Shown piece after piece: positions 19,481 to 28,712 of a stretch of 51,758 nt of DNA. The DNA comes from Nitrospinota bacterium (lineage in GTDB: Bacteria > Nitrospinota > Nitrospinia > CAJXCL01): positions 1 through 51,758 of the forward strand of contig DASCNB010000011.1 in NCBI GenBank assembly GCA_036011265.1. Reading direction: 5' to 3'. The position numbers and the translations under genes were made by a program. How positions within the stretch are numbered: position 1 is the stretch's first letter; each line of letters starts with the position of its first letter. Under the pieces are notes generated by a model. It had not been told where the DNA came from. It worked only from the letters and a program-made list of their open reading frames with translations, and ran no database searches.

Positions 19481-20032
19481 TTACCTTTTAATAAATCTCA
19501 ACTCTCGACTTTTTGACACTGCAATAGTAAATTCTGAAATATCTTGAGATATAATTGCACCGGCACCAATCACCACTCCTTCTCCAATTTTAACTCCAGG
19601 TAATATTATGCAATTTGCCCCTATCCAGACGTCTTTTCCAATAAAAATATCTTTTTCCTTTTCAGGTTGCTCTGTATAAGGTATTTTTTTATAAAATGAG
19701 TGATTCGACGATATAATAACCGTATTTTGACCAATACTTACATTTTTACTAATAACGATTTTTGAATTCTCTGAAGCCCATATGCTACAATTCGAATCAA
19801 CGACTAAACCGTCCATTAAGGTAATATTTTTCCCGTAACGAAAAGATACTGTAGGGTGAATCTCCAAGTCATCCCCTTTAGTTAGCTCCTTAAGAGGGAT
19901 ACAATGTTCATACATATAGTAAAGCTGTTTACGATATATCTCTTTATAAAAGATCGGAGAACAAAGGTTGCGAATAATTCTGAATAATTTTCTTAACATT
20001 CGCTTGTCCTTAACTGATAAATCTTCTTCCAC
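19481..20032 (-). CDS. hexapeptide-repeat (LbH) acyl/acetyltransferase
   Basis: 183 aa. Tandem hexapeptides IGKDVWIGANCIILPGVKIGEGVVIGAGAII. Confidence 0.75.
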   Translation of the reverse strand: MEEDLSVKDKRMLRKLFRIIRNLCSPIFYKEIYRKQLYYMYEHCIPLKELTKGDDLEIHPTVSFRYGKNITLMDGLVVDSNCSIWASENSKIVISKNVSIGQNTVIISSNHSFYKKIPYTEQPEKEKDIFIGKDVWIGANCIILPGVKIGEGVVIGAGAIISQDISEFTIAVSKSRELRFIKR

Positions 20033-21086
20033 TACTAATACGGAGATTAGAGATATTATAATAGAGCCTTAAATACTGCCAGCCCACATGCAAATCACAG
20101 ACCCTGCAAATTCCATTTTTTCTTCCATTTCTGCTTTTAAACTCTCTTCTTGCTTTTGACAAAACAGTACCTTGCCAAACTTCTTTGATTTTTTCCTTTT
20201 TCAAATCTCCCACAACAACATTCGCAAAAATATCCGTACAGCAAAGTACTACCTTTCCATCCCAATTAATAACCATCCATTTCCAGAGCTGATGACAAGG
20301 TGCCTGGTTTCGAAGATTATAATCTTTATATGCCTTATGAGGGTAAGAATCAATTTCTTCTGACAAAAAGGATTTTTTATCAAATAATCCTCCCCAGTTG
20401 GATAGACTGTCCATAGAAGATATAGGGTTAAGCTCTACAGTACAATTTGTATGAAACAGTTCCTTAAAAAGGGGATTATTTCGAATCGATTCTTCGTTAG
20501 TGGAAGTTTTTATTCTGATATTAATTTCAATAGGTCTTTTTGCCTTATCATTCATTTGAAACAATCTGATAAGATTTTTCCATGTTTTTTCAAAAGAAAC
20601 GCCCTTTAGTTCCTCAAATAATTTTTTATCCAGTTCATCCAAACTGATTTCCGTATCAACCTTTTGATCAATTAACTTTTGAGCAATCTTTTCATTCAAT
20701 GCAAAACCATTTGTAATCAATTCCAGCTTATAAATAGATGGAAATTTACGGATAAAATCTATTTTCTTTAAAAAGACTGGATCCAGTAACGGCTCTCCAA
20801 AAGTTCCAAACCGGACGATTCCTCCAACTTTGGCATAGTCTTCTATAATTTTTTCAAACAGCTCAGCACTCATTATCCCTTTTTCAGCCGGTATCTTATC
20901 ATTCGGACACCAAGAACATTTGGCATTGCAAAGGTTGGTATTGTCAATAATGAGAGCGCCAGGGAATTTTTCAAGCAGAGTAGCCTGAGGAAGAACGAGA
21001 AAATCAAAAAAAGCTGATTCGTATATTGTTCTCCTAATGTTATTGATAAAAATAAAAAAAGAACTTCGCTTAATCGAATCAAACAT
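20010..21086 (-). CDS. radical SAM enzyme with C-terminal SPASM/twitch-like Cys cluster #2
   Basis: 358 aa. NLCNAKCSWCPN (CxxxCxxC), FGEPLL. C-terminal cysteines in APCHQLW, VVLCCTDIF and GICRVCD. Confidence 0.75.
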   Translation of the reverse strand: MFDSIKRSSFFIFINNIRRTIYESAFFDFLVLPQATLLEKFPGALIIDNTNLCNAKCSWCPNDKIPAEKGIMSAELFEKIIEDYAKVGGIVRFGTFGEPLLDPVFLKKIDFIRKFPSIYKLELITNGFALNEKIAQKLIDQKVDTEISLDELDKKLFEELKGVSFEKTWKNLIRLFQMNDKAKRPIEINIRIKTSTNEESIRNNPLFKELFHTNCTVELNPISSMDSLSNWGGLFDKKSFLSEEIDSYPHKAYKDYNLRNQAPCHQLWKWMVINWDGKVVLCCTDIFANVVVGDLKKEKIKEVWQGTVLSKARREFKSRNGRKNGICRVCDLHVGWQYLRLYYNISNLRISSGRRFIS

Positions 21087-21096
21087 GATTTAGAGT

Positions 21097-22059
21097 CTAT
21101 TCTATCCGATGTTCCACAAAACATCCAGCTATAAGTCGTAAGTATAGCTTGATTTTATTTCTGTATTTTTCTCTTTGCTTAAGATTAAAAAAGTAAGTTA
21201 GCAACCAATAAAACTCGATTAGAATATTTTTGCATATATCTAATGCTTTCAGTATTAATAAGTCAATACTTCCATAATGTTTTTTATAAAAGTAATATTT
21301 GTTTCGCTGCAAATTTAGAGTTAAAAGGTCTTTAAAATCCTGGCTGCTTTTCAAAACGCTATAGCTGTGGTGGTGGTATATTGTTGCCTCGGCAAGATAG
21401 TAAAAAGAGTAGTGGTTTTTTTTAATCCTGTAACATAAATCCGCGTCTTCCATGTAAGCATATCCAAAGTTTTCATCCATCGCACCAACTTTTTCCAAAA
21501 CTTCCTTTTTTATCATTAAACATCCACCACCAGGCCATAGATCATCCTTAAGTTCCCGTGACACAGAGTAGTCCCACTGGGAAACGTCATATTTATAAAA
21601 TATTTTTGAATGTGCAATATGTTTACTTATGGAAAGAATCTCATAAATCATCCCGGGCAAGTTCGGAAACCGGCAATAGGCTGATTGAGATCTACCATCA
21701 GGATATAAAACCTTGCAAGTCATTGCTCCAATATGGTTTTGTTTCTTCATTAAATCTACCATCCTGGCAAAAGTATTTTCATTAATATAGGTATCACTAT
21801 TGAGCAAAAGAACATTTTTCCCCTGTGATATTTTTATACCCTGGTTTACGGCTTTGGAAAAACCTAAGTTTTTTTTGTTTTTAATTAATTTTACTGATGG
21901 AAATGACGATTCTATTACCTTTACGCTGTCATCAGTGGAACCATTGTCCACAACAATGAGTTCATCCTGAATGCCGTGCGTAAACTTCATAATAGATTCC
22001 AGACACTTTTTCAAAAGGCTGCAAGTATTCCAGTTTACTATTATAATTGATAAGTCCAT
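21097..22059 (-). CDS. GT2-family glycosyltransferase
   Basis: 320 aa. SIIIVNWNTCSLLKKCLES, VVDNGSTDDS, LLNSDTY, MEDADLCYR. Confidence 0.8.
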   Translation of the reverse strand: MDLSIIIVNWNTCSLLKKCLESIMKFTHGIQDELIVVDNGSTDDSVKVIESSFPSVKLIKNKKNLGFSKAVNQGIKISQGKNVLLLNSDTYINENTFARMVDLMKKQNHIGAMTCKVLYPDGRSQSAYCRFPNLPGMIYEILSISKHIAHSKIFYKYDVSQWDYSVSRELKDDLWPGGGCLMIKKEVLEKVGAMDENFGYAYMEDADLCYRIKKNHYSFYYLAEATIYHHHSYSVLKSSQDFKDLLTLNLQRNKYYFYKKHYGSIDLLILKALDICKNILIEFYWLLTYFFNLKQREKYRNKIKLYLRLIAGCFVEHRIE

Positions 22060-22220
22060 AGAGAACCTTAAGAAGGAGTTAATCTTTAAATATCAAGGTT
22101 TCCTTTAGCATTTAACTTTACAGCAAAGATAATTCCAGCTATTAAGAACGTATAAAAAACACAGAAATCATTTCACAATTTAAACGATCCAATGTTTCTT
22201 TGAGGTTATCCTAAAGTTAG

Positions 22221-22266
22221 TTGAAAATTGAAAAAGTGGCTTCCCCGTGAAACAATCCACGGGAAG
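22221..22266 (-). terminator. candidate intrinsic terminator or attenuator hairpin, read on the minus strand
   Basis: Minus-strand reading: CTTCCCGTG-GATTGTTT-CACGGGGAAG (9 bp stem with one bulged G) followed by CCACTTTTTCAATTTTC. It lies about 160-200 nt upstream of the GT2 start at 22059. Confidence 0.3.
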
Positions 22267-22501
22267 AAATTATAAACCCATAAAATAAAGGGACCACTAA
22301 TGAGATTAAATACGAAAAGGAGAAAAAAATCAATAAGAGGTTTAAAAATATATTCGTCAGTGAGAAGTTACTAGGTCAACTGCATTTGGTTTATTCTAAA
22401 GGAAAAGACGGATTGGTTCCATTTTTATGAGCGTTGGGTAAGATGTTTGCGACGGTTAGAGATTATGAAGGAAATTTCAAAAAATATAGAGGTGTAGTAA
22501 A

Positions 22502-22645
22502 ATGTCCCAGCGCTGGCTGACCACTGTTTGTCTGCATTGCGAAAAAGTTTCCAGGAGAATTAAAGGATTTGAATTAATTCCTGCAGTAATCAAAACAATT
22601 GAAACGGAACAAAGTGACGGAAAAGAACTGAAACTTGCTGTCTAA
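22502..22645 (+). CDS. small hypothetical ORF (47 aa) with a CxxC pair
   Basis: MSQRWLTTVCLHCEKVSRRIKGFELIPAVIKTIETEQSDGKELKLAV. GAGGTG lies 7 nt upstream of the ATG. It is below the track cutoff. A second 25-codon ORF (22443-22520, ...KYRGVVKCPSAG) overlaps it in another frame. Confidence 0.2.
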   Translation: MSQRWLTTVCLHCEKVSRRIKGFELIPAVIKTIETEQSDGKELKLAV

Positions 22646-22703
22646 AAAGCAAATTGGTTAATCTATAAAATGGGAGCCACTTTTCTAGATTTTAGTTAAA
22701 ATC

Positions 22704-22729
22704 TTGACATTCTTTCTTCATGATATAAG
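22704..22729 (+). promoter_or_regulatory. candidate sigma70-type promoter (TTGACA; extended -10 TGaTATAAG) for the plus-strand GT-C gene
   Basis: TTGACA at 22704-22709 and TGATATAAG at 22721-29. The spacing is only 14 nt, so the extended -10 would have to carry it. About 90 nt upstream of the ATG at 22820. Confidence 0.2.
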
Positions 22730-22819
22730 CTTACTCAATAAAAGTGAGTTCTGCTTTTTTTGATTAAACACGTCAACCGTATCCTTAATTGACATCAATC
22801 AATTTTTGCTTTTTAAATT

Positions 22820-24061
22820 ATGGTTCAACACTTTAGCATCCGGCAATGGTTTTTTATCGCCATACTCATAAGGTTAATGGTTATGCCTTTTACCCTCCAT
22901 GGCGATATGTTTTTTGTTTATAAATACCCTCATTTTTTTTCTCATGGAGAATGGGATATTTACGGCATGGGCGAAGAAGTCCCTTATTACCCTCCTGGAT
23001 CCGTTCTTTTCTTTGCCTTTCTCCAGTTAATTTACTCGATTATTTTCACTCCTTTTGAAGAGTTTTTTCATACCGTCATTTATACAACCACCGACTCGAT
23101 GGACATGGACAACCTTTTTTTCTCGCTGTTCCTCATGAAGCTCCCCTATCTAATATTCGATATTTTTCTCGTTAAAACCTTTTGGCGAATGTGCGCCGAT
23201 GAAAAATCAAGATCAAAATTTATCGTTTTTTGGGCTCTTAACCCTATAGTTATTTATGGGACTTATATGGTGGGACATCTTGATATCACCCCTACTTTTT
23301 TCGTTGTCCTTGCCTGTTACTTGTCATTAGATAAGAAAAAAAGTCATTGGGCGTGCTTAGCTCTCGCGGGAGGCGCTTTATTCAAGGTCTTTCCCATATT
23401 ATTCCTACCCATGGTCATTTGCATTTCGAGCCGCAATCTTAGAGACGCTTTTCGGCTACTGCTTTATGGGACTCTTCCTATTCTTTTTCTCTATTCAATC
23501 TTTTATTTAATTTCCGGCAAAGAGGTTTTTAACATTTATCGCGTACTTTCCTACCAGGATTTTCAGGTTTCCTTAAACTATTTTAATATCCTCTTAAGGC
23601 TCTGTCAGGCGGCAGTTTATGCTTTGGTCTGCTATTATATTCTCCTCTTACGTTTCCGTTTGGAAAATCTCAATTATGTTACTATTTCGCAATGCTTTTT
23701 AGCAGTCTTTTTTGCAATTTATTGGGGACACTTAATATCTTCCACCCACCGCTATGTATGGTTTATTCCGTTTTTAATCTTTTTTGTACAGCAACATCAA
23801 AAGTGGAGAAAAGCTTTTTACCTTTTACTTTTGATAATAGTTCTTGCCGGTTTAAGATCGCGAGGAAGCTGTTTCGGAATCTTCGGCCCCCTCAACCCCG
23901 AGTTTTTCTTTAGCCTGCCTTCTATTAAGGATGTAACCTGGTATCTGATCGGGCCTCAATTCGATCTAATCATCGAATCGCTTTATAAAATATTAACCGG
24001 TATCATGACAATACTATTACTTAAAAACCTTTATCTTAAAACTCTTACTCATGAAAAATAA
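22820..24061 (+). CDS. polytopic GT-C-like membrane protein (DUF2029/GT87- or PMT_2-like)
   Basis: 413 aa with about 10-11 hydrophobic segments. Loop EEVPYYPPGSVLFFAFLQ. No soluble domain. Confidence 0.4.
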   Translation: MVQHFSIRQWFFIAILIRLMVMPFTLHGDMFFVYKYPHFFSHGEWDIYGMGEEVPYYPPGSVLFFAFLQLIYSIIFTPFEEFFHTVIYTTTDSMDMDNLFFSLFLMKLPYLIFDIFLVKTFWRMCADEKSRSKFIVFWALNPIVIYGTYMVGHLDITPTFFVVLACYLSLDKKKSHWACLALAGGALFKVFPILFLPMVICISSRNLRDAFRLLLYGTLPILFLYSIFYLISGKEVFNIYRVLSYQDFQVSLNYFNILLRLCQAAVYALVCYYILLLRFRLENLNYVTISQCFLAVFFAIYWGHLISSTHRYVWFIPFLIFFVQQHQKWRKAFYLLLLIIVLAGLRSRGSCFGIFGPLNPEFFFSLPSIKDVTWYLIGPQFDLIIESLYKILTGIMTILLLKNLYLKTLTHEK

Positions 24062-24791
24062 TTTTTCAATTTATAAAGTAAGAATAAGGTTTATAAAGAT
24101 ATTAACTATTTTTTTAATTTCCCTTATATTTCTCCTTAACAATCCTGTTCACGTATTTCCTTCCGATCTTGCTAAACGGGCCTTTTTGTATAACGATATT
24201 ATTAATTTTTCAGGACAACTTTATCGATCGGCCAACTTTAACGAAGCCCATTCAATTTCCCAGCAATTTCACTTGAAATGTTCGAATTTTAACCGAATCA
24301 TATTACCTTTATATATGGATAAAAAGGAGGGAAGTTTAAACCTGGAGTTCAACCTTTATGAAGTTGAGGACGATCAAAAGAAACTTATTCATTCTTCTCT
24401 CATCGATTCCGATAGTTTTCCTTTCCCCGCAAAAATAGGGACGCATGCACATGAGGGTGTTCTATTTAACATATGGTTCCCTCCTCAAAACAATTCTAAG
24501 TATAAGACTTTTATTTGGGAATTAGTTAAAACAACTCCCGAATCTAAAGCCACAAAGGTCGGACTTTATTTGACCAATAAACCCCATGAACAGGTAGACC
24601 CTGTTAACATCGATGGTATTACCCGTCCCAGGGAGTATTCTAGCTTTTATGCTTATTGTAGATTTGACTTTAACTGGGGAGATATTTTTAAAACAACGTT
24701 ATTTAGATTAGATCGGGAAAAAATATTCTTGGGATTTTACTTTCTAGTTTTGTGCGGTCTAGTTTTTTATATTAAGAAAATAAAGGATTAA
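24051..24791 (+). CDS. hypothetical bitopic membrane protein (N- and C-terminal TM helices, extracytoplasmic middle)
   Basis: 246 aa. 11-nt overlap with the preceding GT-C-like gene. No motif recognised. Confidence 0.4.
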   Translation: MKNNFSIYKVRIRFIKILTIFLISLIFLLNNPVHVFPSDLAKRAFLYNDIINFSGQLYRSANFNEAHSISQQFHLKCSNFNRIILPLYMDKKEGSLNLEFNLYEVEDDQKKLIHSSLIDSDSFPFPAKIGTHAHEGVLFNIWFPPQNNSKYKTFIWELVKTTPESKATKVGLYLTNKPHEQVDPVNIDGITRPREYSSFYAYCRFDFNWGDIFKTTLFRLDREKIFLGFYFLVLCGLVFYIKKIKD

Positions 24792-24948
24792 ATATTCCAT
24801 TTAATTTAGGCGTTTGGAAAAGGCATTGGCTATTTTACCCTGCTCGGCAGGCTCAGCATGACAAAATAAATGTCGCTCTGAGCTTGCAAAGCCTAGCTCA
24901 AAGCCAATATTAGCTTCCTAGTTTAGCCAAAGTGAAGTAGGGGTATCT

Positions 24949-25746
24949 TTACTTTTTATTAAAAACAGAAACCAAAAGGTACCCGCCGAATAGTTTCGAT
25001 AGTTTGAGGTCTAATTTTTTTAAAATAGGTCCGAAAAAGGGATGTAGCGAAGCATTGATAAAAAATCGATTAAGAGTTTTTAAAATAGGTTTGAATACAT
25101 TTCCTCCTCTAAACAGCATCAAACGCTTAAAAGCCCCTACGAATAAAACAAAAAAACCTATAGAATATTCTTTTTTGGCAAACTTGCACGAAATAGCCTC
25201 CAACTCCTTCTTTAATGTCTTTATCGGGTATTCGCCTCCGAAAGGGTATTCCAGGAACTTTTCAATGGAGGCTTTACCTATGGTGTGAAGAAAAGATCCG
25301 GCGTAGGGTACGATCACGATCACCAGTCCCTTTCCATGGCATACCCTCGACATTTCCTTCAGGCTCGATTCCAATTCATCGTTGAGGTAATGTTCCACAA
25401 CCCCCGCATTCCAGACGACATCATAAGAAGAATTACGGCAAGGAATTTGAAAAAGAGAACCCCTGATTAAATGACAGCGATGGTTCGTGCTCTGGAACAG
25501 TTTTTCCCCTTCCTTTATTGCCTGTTGGGAAATATCGAGTAAGGTTACTTTGGCACCGAGCTGCGCTAATTTATGGGAAATTCGTCCCGAGCCGCTTCCA
25601 ACTTCTATGGCGGTCGTTTCGATAAACGGGGTTTCGCTGATTAATATTTCTACGACGATTTGGGATAAATAATCCCATTCGGTGAGGTTATTTTTATCCT
25701 GCCAAACTTTATCCCATGTGGCTGATATTTTCGTTAGGTTTGACAT
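24949..25746 (-). CDS. class I SAM-dependent methyltransferase
   Basis: 265 aa. [28 protein letters not shown]. Confidence 0.75.
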   Translation of the reverse strand: MSNLTKISATWDKVWQDKNNLTEWDYLSQIVVEILISETPFIETTAIEVGSGSGRISHKLAQLGAKVTLLDISQQAIKEGEKLFQSTNHRCHLIRGSLFQIPCRNSSYDVVWNAGVVEHYLNDELESSLKEMSRVCHGKGLVIVIVPYAGSFLHTIGKASIEKFLEYPFGGEYPIKTLKKELEAISCKFAKKEYSIGFFVLFVGAFKRLMLFRGGNVFKPILKTLNRFFINASLHPFFGPILKKLDLKLSKLFGGYLLVSVFNKK

Positions 25747-26471
25747 TTAAAGTTGCGGCAAATAATTTTTAAATAACCTTTAATGGTTTTCAGGATTTCA
25801 ATCCCCGTGGAACCTTCTTTTAAATAATATTTTAATATGAAGGGGACTTCACCAAATTTATAATTCATTTCATTTAGTTTGATCAGCATATTCACAACAC
25901 TGGAAAACCCTTCTCCGCTGATCAGGTTTTTATCGTATTTTTGGAGCGCTTCTCTAATAACAGATACTTTGTAACCCCTGTAAAAAATGGAGTAATCCGT
26001 AATACCGGGGATGGAAACAAATTTTTTCATACAATAAGAAGCTATGTCGCTTAATATTTTTCTGTATAAGGGAACACCAAGCATCCCTCCGCCCGGAAGA
26101 AACCGGGAAGCGACAACCACATCGCACTCTTTTAGCTTTTCTATGATTGAAATAAGATAATAGGGGTTATGGGTATTGTCGGAATCCATGGTCACGCAAA
26201 TATCGTCTTTTTCTTTACTCAGTTCATTAACTCTTTTAAACCCTTCATAAAAGACATCCTCAATTCCCCTGTTCTTCTCAAAATCGATTATTTCAAGATT
26301 CAGGTATTCTTTGAAAGACTTGATAACGATCCCTGTTTTATCGTTGCTTCCATCGTTGACAATCAGCATCGTAATTTGAAGACCGAAGGATTTTTGAATC
26401 CGGGAGAACCTCTCGAGGAGTCTTTCTATTCCGTCCTCTTCGTTAAACGCGGGTAGCAGTATATAGATCAT
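25734..26471 (-). CDS. GT2 glycosyltransferase, DPM1-like (polyprenyl-phosphate sugar synthase-like), soluble form
   Basis: 245 aa. ILLPAFNEEDGI, VNDGSNDKT, TMDSDNTHNP. 13-nt overlap with the downstream methyltransferase. Confidence 0.7.
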   Translation of the reverse strand: MIYILLPAFNEEDGIERLLERFSRIQKSFGLQITMLIVNDGSNDKTGIVIKSFKEYLNLEIIDFEKNRGIEDVFYEGFKRVNELSKEKDDICVTMDSDNTHNPYYLISIIEKLKECDVVVASRFLPGGGMLGVPLYRKILSDIASYCMKKFVSIPGITDYSIFYRGYKVSVIREALQKYDKNLISGEGFSSVVNMLIKLNEMNYKFGEVPFILKYYLKEGSTGIEILKTIKGYLKIICRNFKCQT

Positions 26472-26637
26472 CTTTTTAATATTTAAAGGTTAAAAGACCG
26501 TATTCAATATGGGAATTTAATTAAGTTGATTGTTAAGTCCTAACTTGGTCAAAGGGCCGGAACTAAATAGGGCTTCCTCCCTGTAAAAGGTATAAATATT
26601 TTCTGAGATAAAAACCACTAAAAGTATTCTTAAGATG

Positions 26638-27594
26638 CTAAAAAGCGCATTTATTAAAATCTATATCTTTAATCCAGTCGTAAGTTGTTTGAAGGCCGAC
26701 GGATAGGTCCGTTTGCGGTGAATACCCGAGAAGCCTTTTTGCCCTTTCTATGGATGAGACTCGTGTCGTAATACTGTCCCATTTCCTTTTTTCTTTAAAT
26801 TGAATTCCACCTTTATTATTAGTTATCCTGTTAATCTCTTCAGCTATTTTTAGTATTCTCGTTTCTTTCCCGGAACCAATATTAAAGGTTTGACCAACCG
26901 CCGCTTCCACCTCGGAGGCCAAAATTGTTCCTACTACCGCGTCGTCTATAAAGTTAAAATCTCTTGTCTCGTCACCGGTTCCCGTTATAATTAAGGGTAA
27001 TCCTTTCACTGCTTTGTAAAAAAAGTTTGGAATAACGTTTCGATATTTCCCAGGGAATTCTCCCGGCCCATAGGAATTAAAGTACCTCAACGCAACAGTA
27101 GGAAGACCGTAATGCTCATGAAAATAGGTGACGTACCTCTCCCCCAACAGTTTCGTAATGGCATAGGGAGTATCGAGGCTGTAGGCAGTCATCACTTCGG
27201 AAAGAGGTTTGTTTTTTTGGCCGTAGATGCAAGATGAAGACGTATAAATAAACTTTTCGACCTTATGTTCAACGGAACGTTCTAAAAGCTTAAGAGTACC
27301 AAAACCGTTTACGGATAAATCTTTTTCCGGAAAATCGATGGAATTTTGATTGGCAAAATTAGCGGCAAGATGAAAAATTATCTTAATTTTTTCTACAAAA
27401 ACAGTTTTCAGGACATCTTCGGAGGTAATGTCTCCCTGGATAAAGAGGACATTTTTTTTGGGGGGAATGTTCTCAATATACCCAGAAGAAAGGTTATCCA
27501 AAACAATAATGCGGCAATCTTCTTTCAAGCTAAGCTTTTCTACCAATCGACTGCCGATAGCACCGGCGCCGCCCGTAACTAATATATTTTCCAT
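26638..27594 (-). CDS. NAD-dependent nucleotide-sugar epimerase/dehydratase (extended SDR)
   Basis: 318 aa. VTGGAGAIGSRL, TSSSCIYG, canonical YAITK. Confidence 0.8.
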   Translation of the reverse strand: MENILVTGGAGAIGSRLVEKLSLKEDCRIIVLDNLSSGYIENIPPKKNVLFIQGDITSEDVLKTVFVEKIKIIFHLAANFANQNSIDFPEKDLSVNGFGTLKLLERSVEHKVEKFIYTSSSCIYGQKNKPLSEVMTAYSLDTPYAITKLLGERYVTYFHEHYGLPTVALRYFNSYGPGEFPGKYRNVIPNFFYKAVKGLPLIITGTGDETRDFNFIDDAVVGTILASEVEAAVGQTFNIGSGKETRILKIAEEINRITNNKGGIQFKEKRKWDSITTRVSSIERAKRLLGYSPQTDLSVGLQTTYDWIKDIDFNKCAF

Positions 27595-27599
27595 AAGAT

Positions 27600-28712
27600 T
27601 TAATCGATTAAATTTATTTTATTTTTCAGCACTTTAACTATTCGTTTCGACGCTTTGCCATCCCAATATCTTGGTGCTCGAGACGATTTGTAATTACCAT
27701 CATAGTTTAAAACGCCCATAGTGGAAGATATTATTTTTTTTGTGTTGTTCCCTACTAGTTCATTCGTTCCCTCGGCAACCGTAATGGGCCGCTCCGTGTT
27801 TTCTCTTAAAGTCAAACAGGGGACGTTCAGTATGGTCGTCTCTTCCTGGATTCCACCTGAATCCGTTAAGATAATTTTAGAACTTACCATTAGCTTTGTA
27901 AAATCAAGATAACCTAAAGGTTCAATAAGCGTTACGTTTTTCATATTGTTCATATACCCCATAAGCCTAAACTTTTTCAACATTTTATCTGTCCTCGGAT
28001 GAACTGGAAATACAACTTTAATTTTTTGCTGAATAATTTTTATCGCATCTAATATGTTTACTAATTTATTTTTATAATCAACGTTTGATGGTCGGTGAAG
28101 TGTTAAAGTAATGTAGTTTTTATTTGTGATCCCCAATTTTCTTAAAATTCCAGACTTATTAGCCATGCTTTTAATTTTATACAACGAATCAATCATAACA
28201 TTTCCAACAAAGTAGATTTTATTTTCAGGGATCCCTTCTTTTAATAAATTTTCTTTAGCTTCTTTGGAGGTTGTAAATAAAATATCGGAAACGCTGTCTG
28301 TAACAATTCTATTAATTTCTTCCGGCATAGTCCTGTCAAAACTTCGCAAACCCGACTCCACATGTGCAACCACTATCCCCAATTTCACGGACGCAATTGA
28401 ACATGCTAATGTTGAATTAACATCCCCAACAACAATTACCAAACCTGGTTTTTCCTTTAACAATTGCTTTTCAAACTCAATCATAATTCTGCCTGTTTGT
28501 TGACCATGGTTTCCAGCAGAAACTCCAAGGAAAATGTCCGGGCTATGTAATCCCAAATTTTTAAAGAAAATACTGGACATATTTTTATCATAATGCTGAC
28601 CAGTGTGTACAATTACATGCTTAAAACAGCTCGGATATTTCTTCATTTCTTTATAAATAGGCGCTACTTTCATAAAATTTGGGCGCCCACCTACAACTAA
28701 AAATACTTTCAT
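27600..28712 (-). CDS. wecB: UDP-N-acetylglucosamine 2-epimerase
   Basis: GGRPNFMKVAPI, HTGQHYD, HVESGLRSFDRTMPEEINR, DSGGIQEETT. The track ORF extends to a TTG at 28760; the ATG at 28712 (MKVFLVVGG) fits family N-termini better. I cannot tell the hydrolysing type from the non-hydrolysing type by eye. Confidence 0.8.
   Translation of the reverse strand: MKVFLVVGGRPNFMKVAPIYKEMKKYPSCFKHVIVHTGQHYDKNMSSIFFKNLGLHSPDIFLGVSAGNHGQQTGRIMIEFEKQLLKEKPGLVIVVGDVNSTLACSIASVKLGIVVAHVESGLRSFDRTMPEEINRIVTDSVSDILFTTSKEAKENLLKEGIPENKIYFVGNVMIDSLYKIKSMANKSGILRKLGITNKNYITLTLHRPSNVDYKNKLVNILDAIKIIQQKIKVVFPVHPRTDKMLKKFRLMGYMNNMKNVTLIEPLGYLDFTKLMVSSKIILTDSGGIQEETTILNVPCLTLRENTERPITVAEGTNELVGNNTKKIISSTMGVLNYDGNYKSSRAPRYWDGKASKRIVKVLKNKINLID

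Noticed and set aside
7276-21086. RiPP (radical-SAM-modified peptide) gene cluster, suggested by the SPASM and B12 radical SAM enzymes
   Set aside because: I could find no plausible precursor peptide ORF next to any of the radical SAM genes. There is no RRE/PqqD-like domain, leader peptidase or ABC exporter, and every neighbour is a sugar, acyl or phosphonate enzyme. The only Cys-containing mini-ORF (22502-22645) is on the other strand in a divergent gap.
22060-22819. Cobalamin riboswitch, expected because of the many B12-dependent enzymes
   Set aside because: I looked for the B12 box (GCCACTG with flanking conserved GGTG/CCC elements) on both strands. I found only a one-mismatch accactg at about 22520 with none of the surrounding conserved core, which is not enough to call.
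24792-24948. Bidirectional intrinsic terminator or repeat element between the convergent genes (gctcagcatgacaaaataaatgtcgctctgagc)
   Set aside because: Only 5-6-bp stems with long or 2-nt loops can be drawn, and there is no flanking T-run. The atgacaa/ttgtcat similarity to the 13112-13311 gap is too short to call a repeat family.
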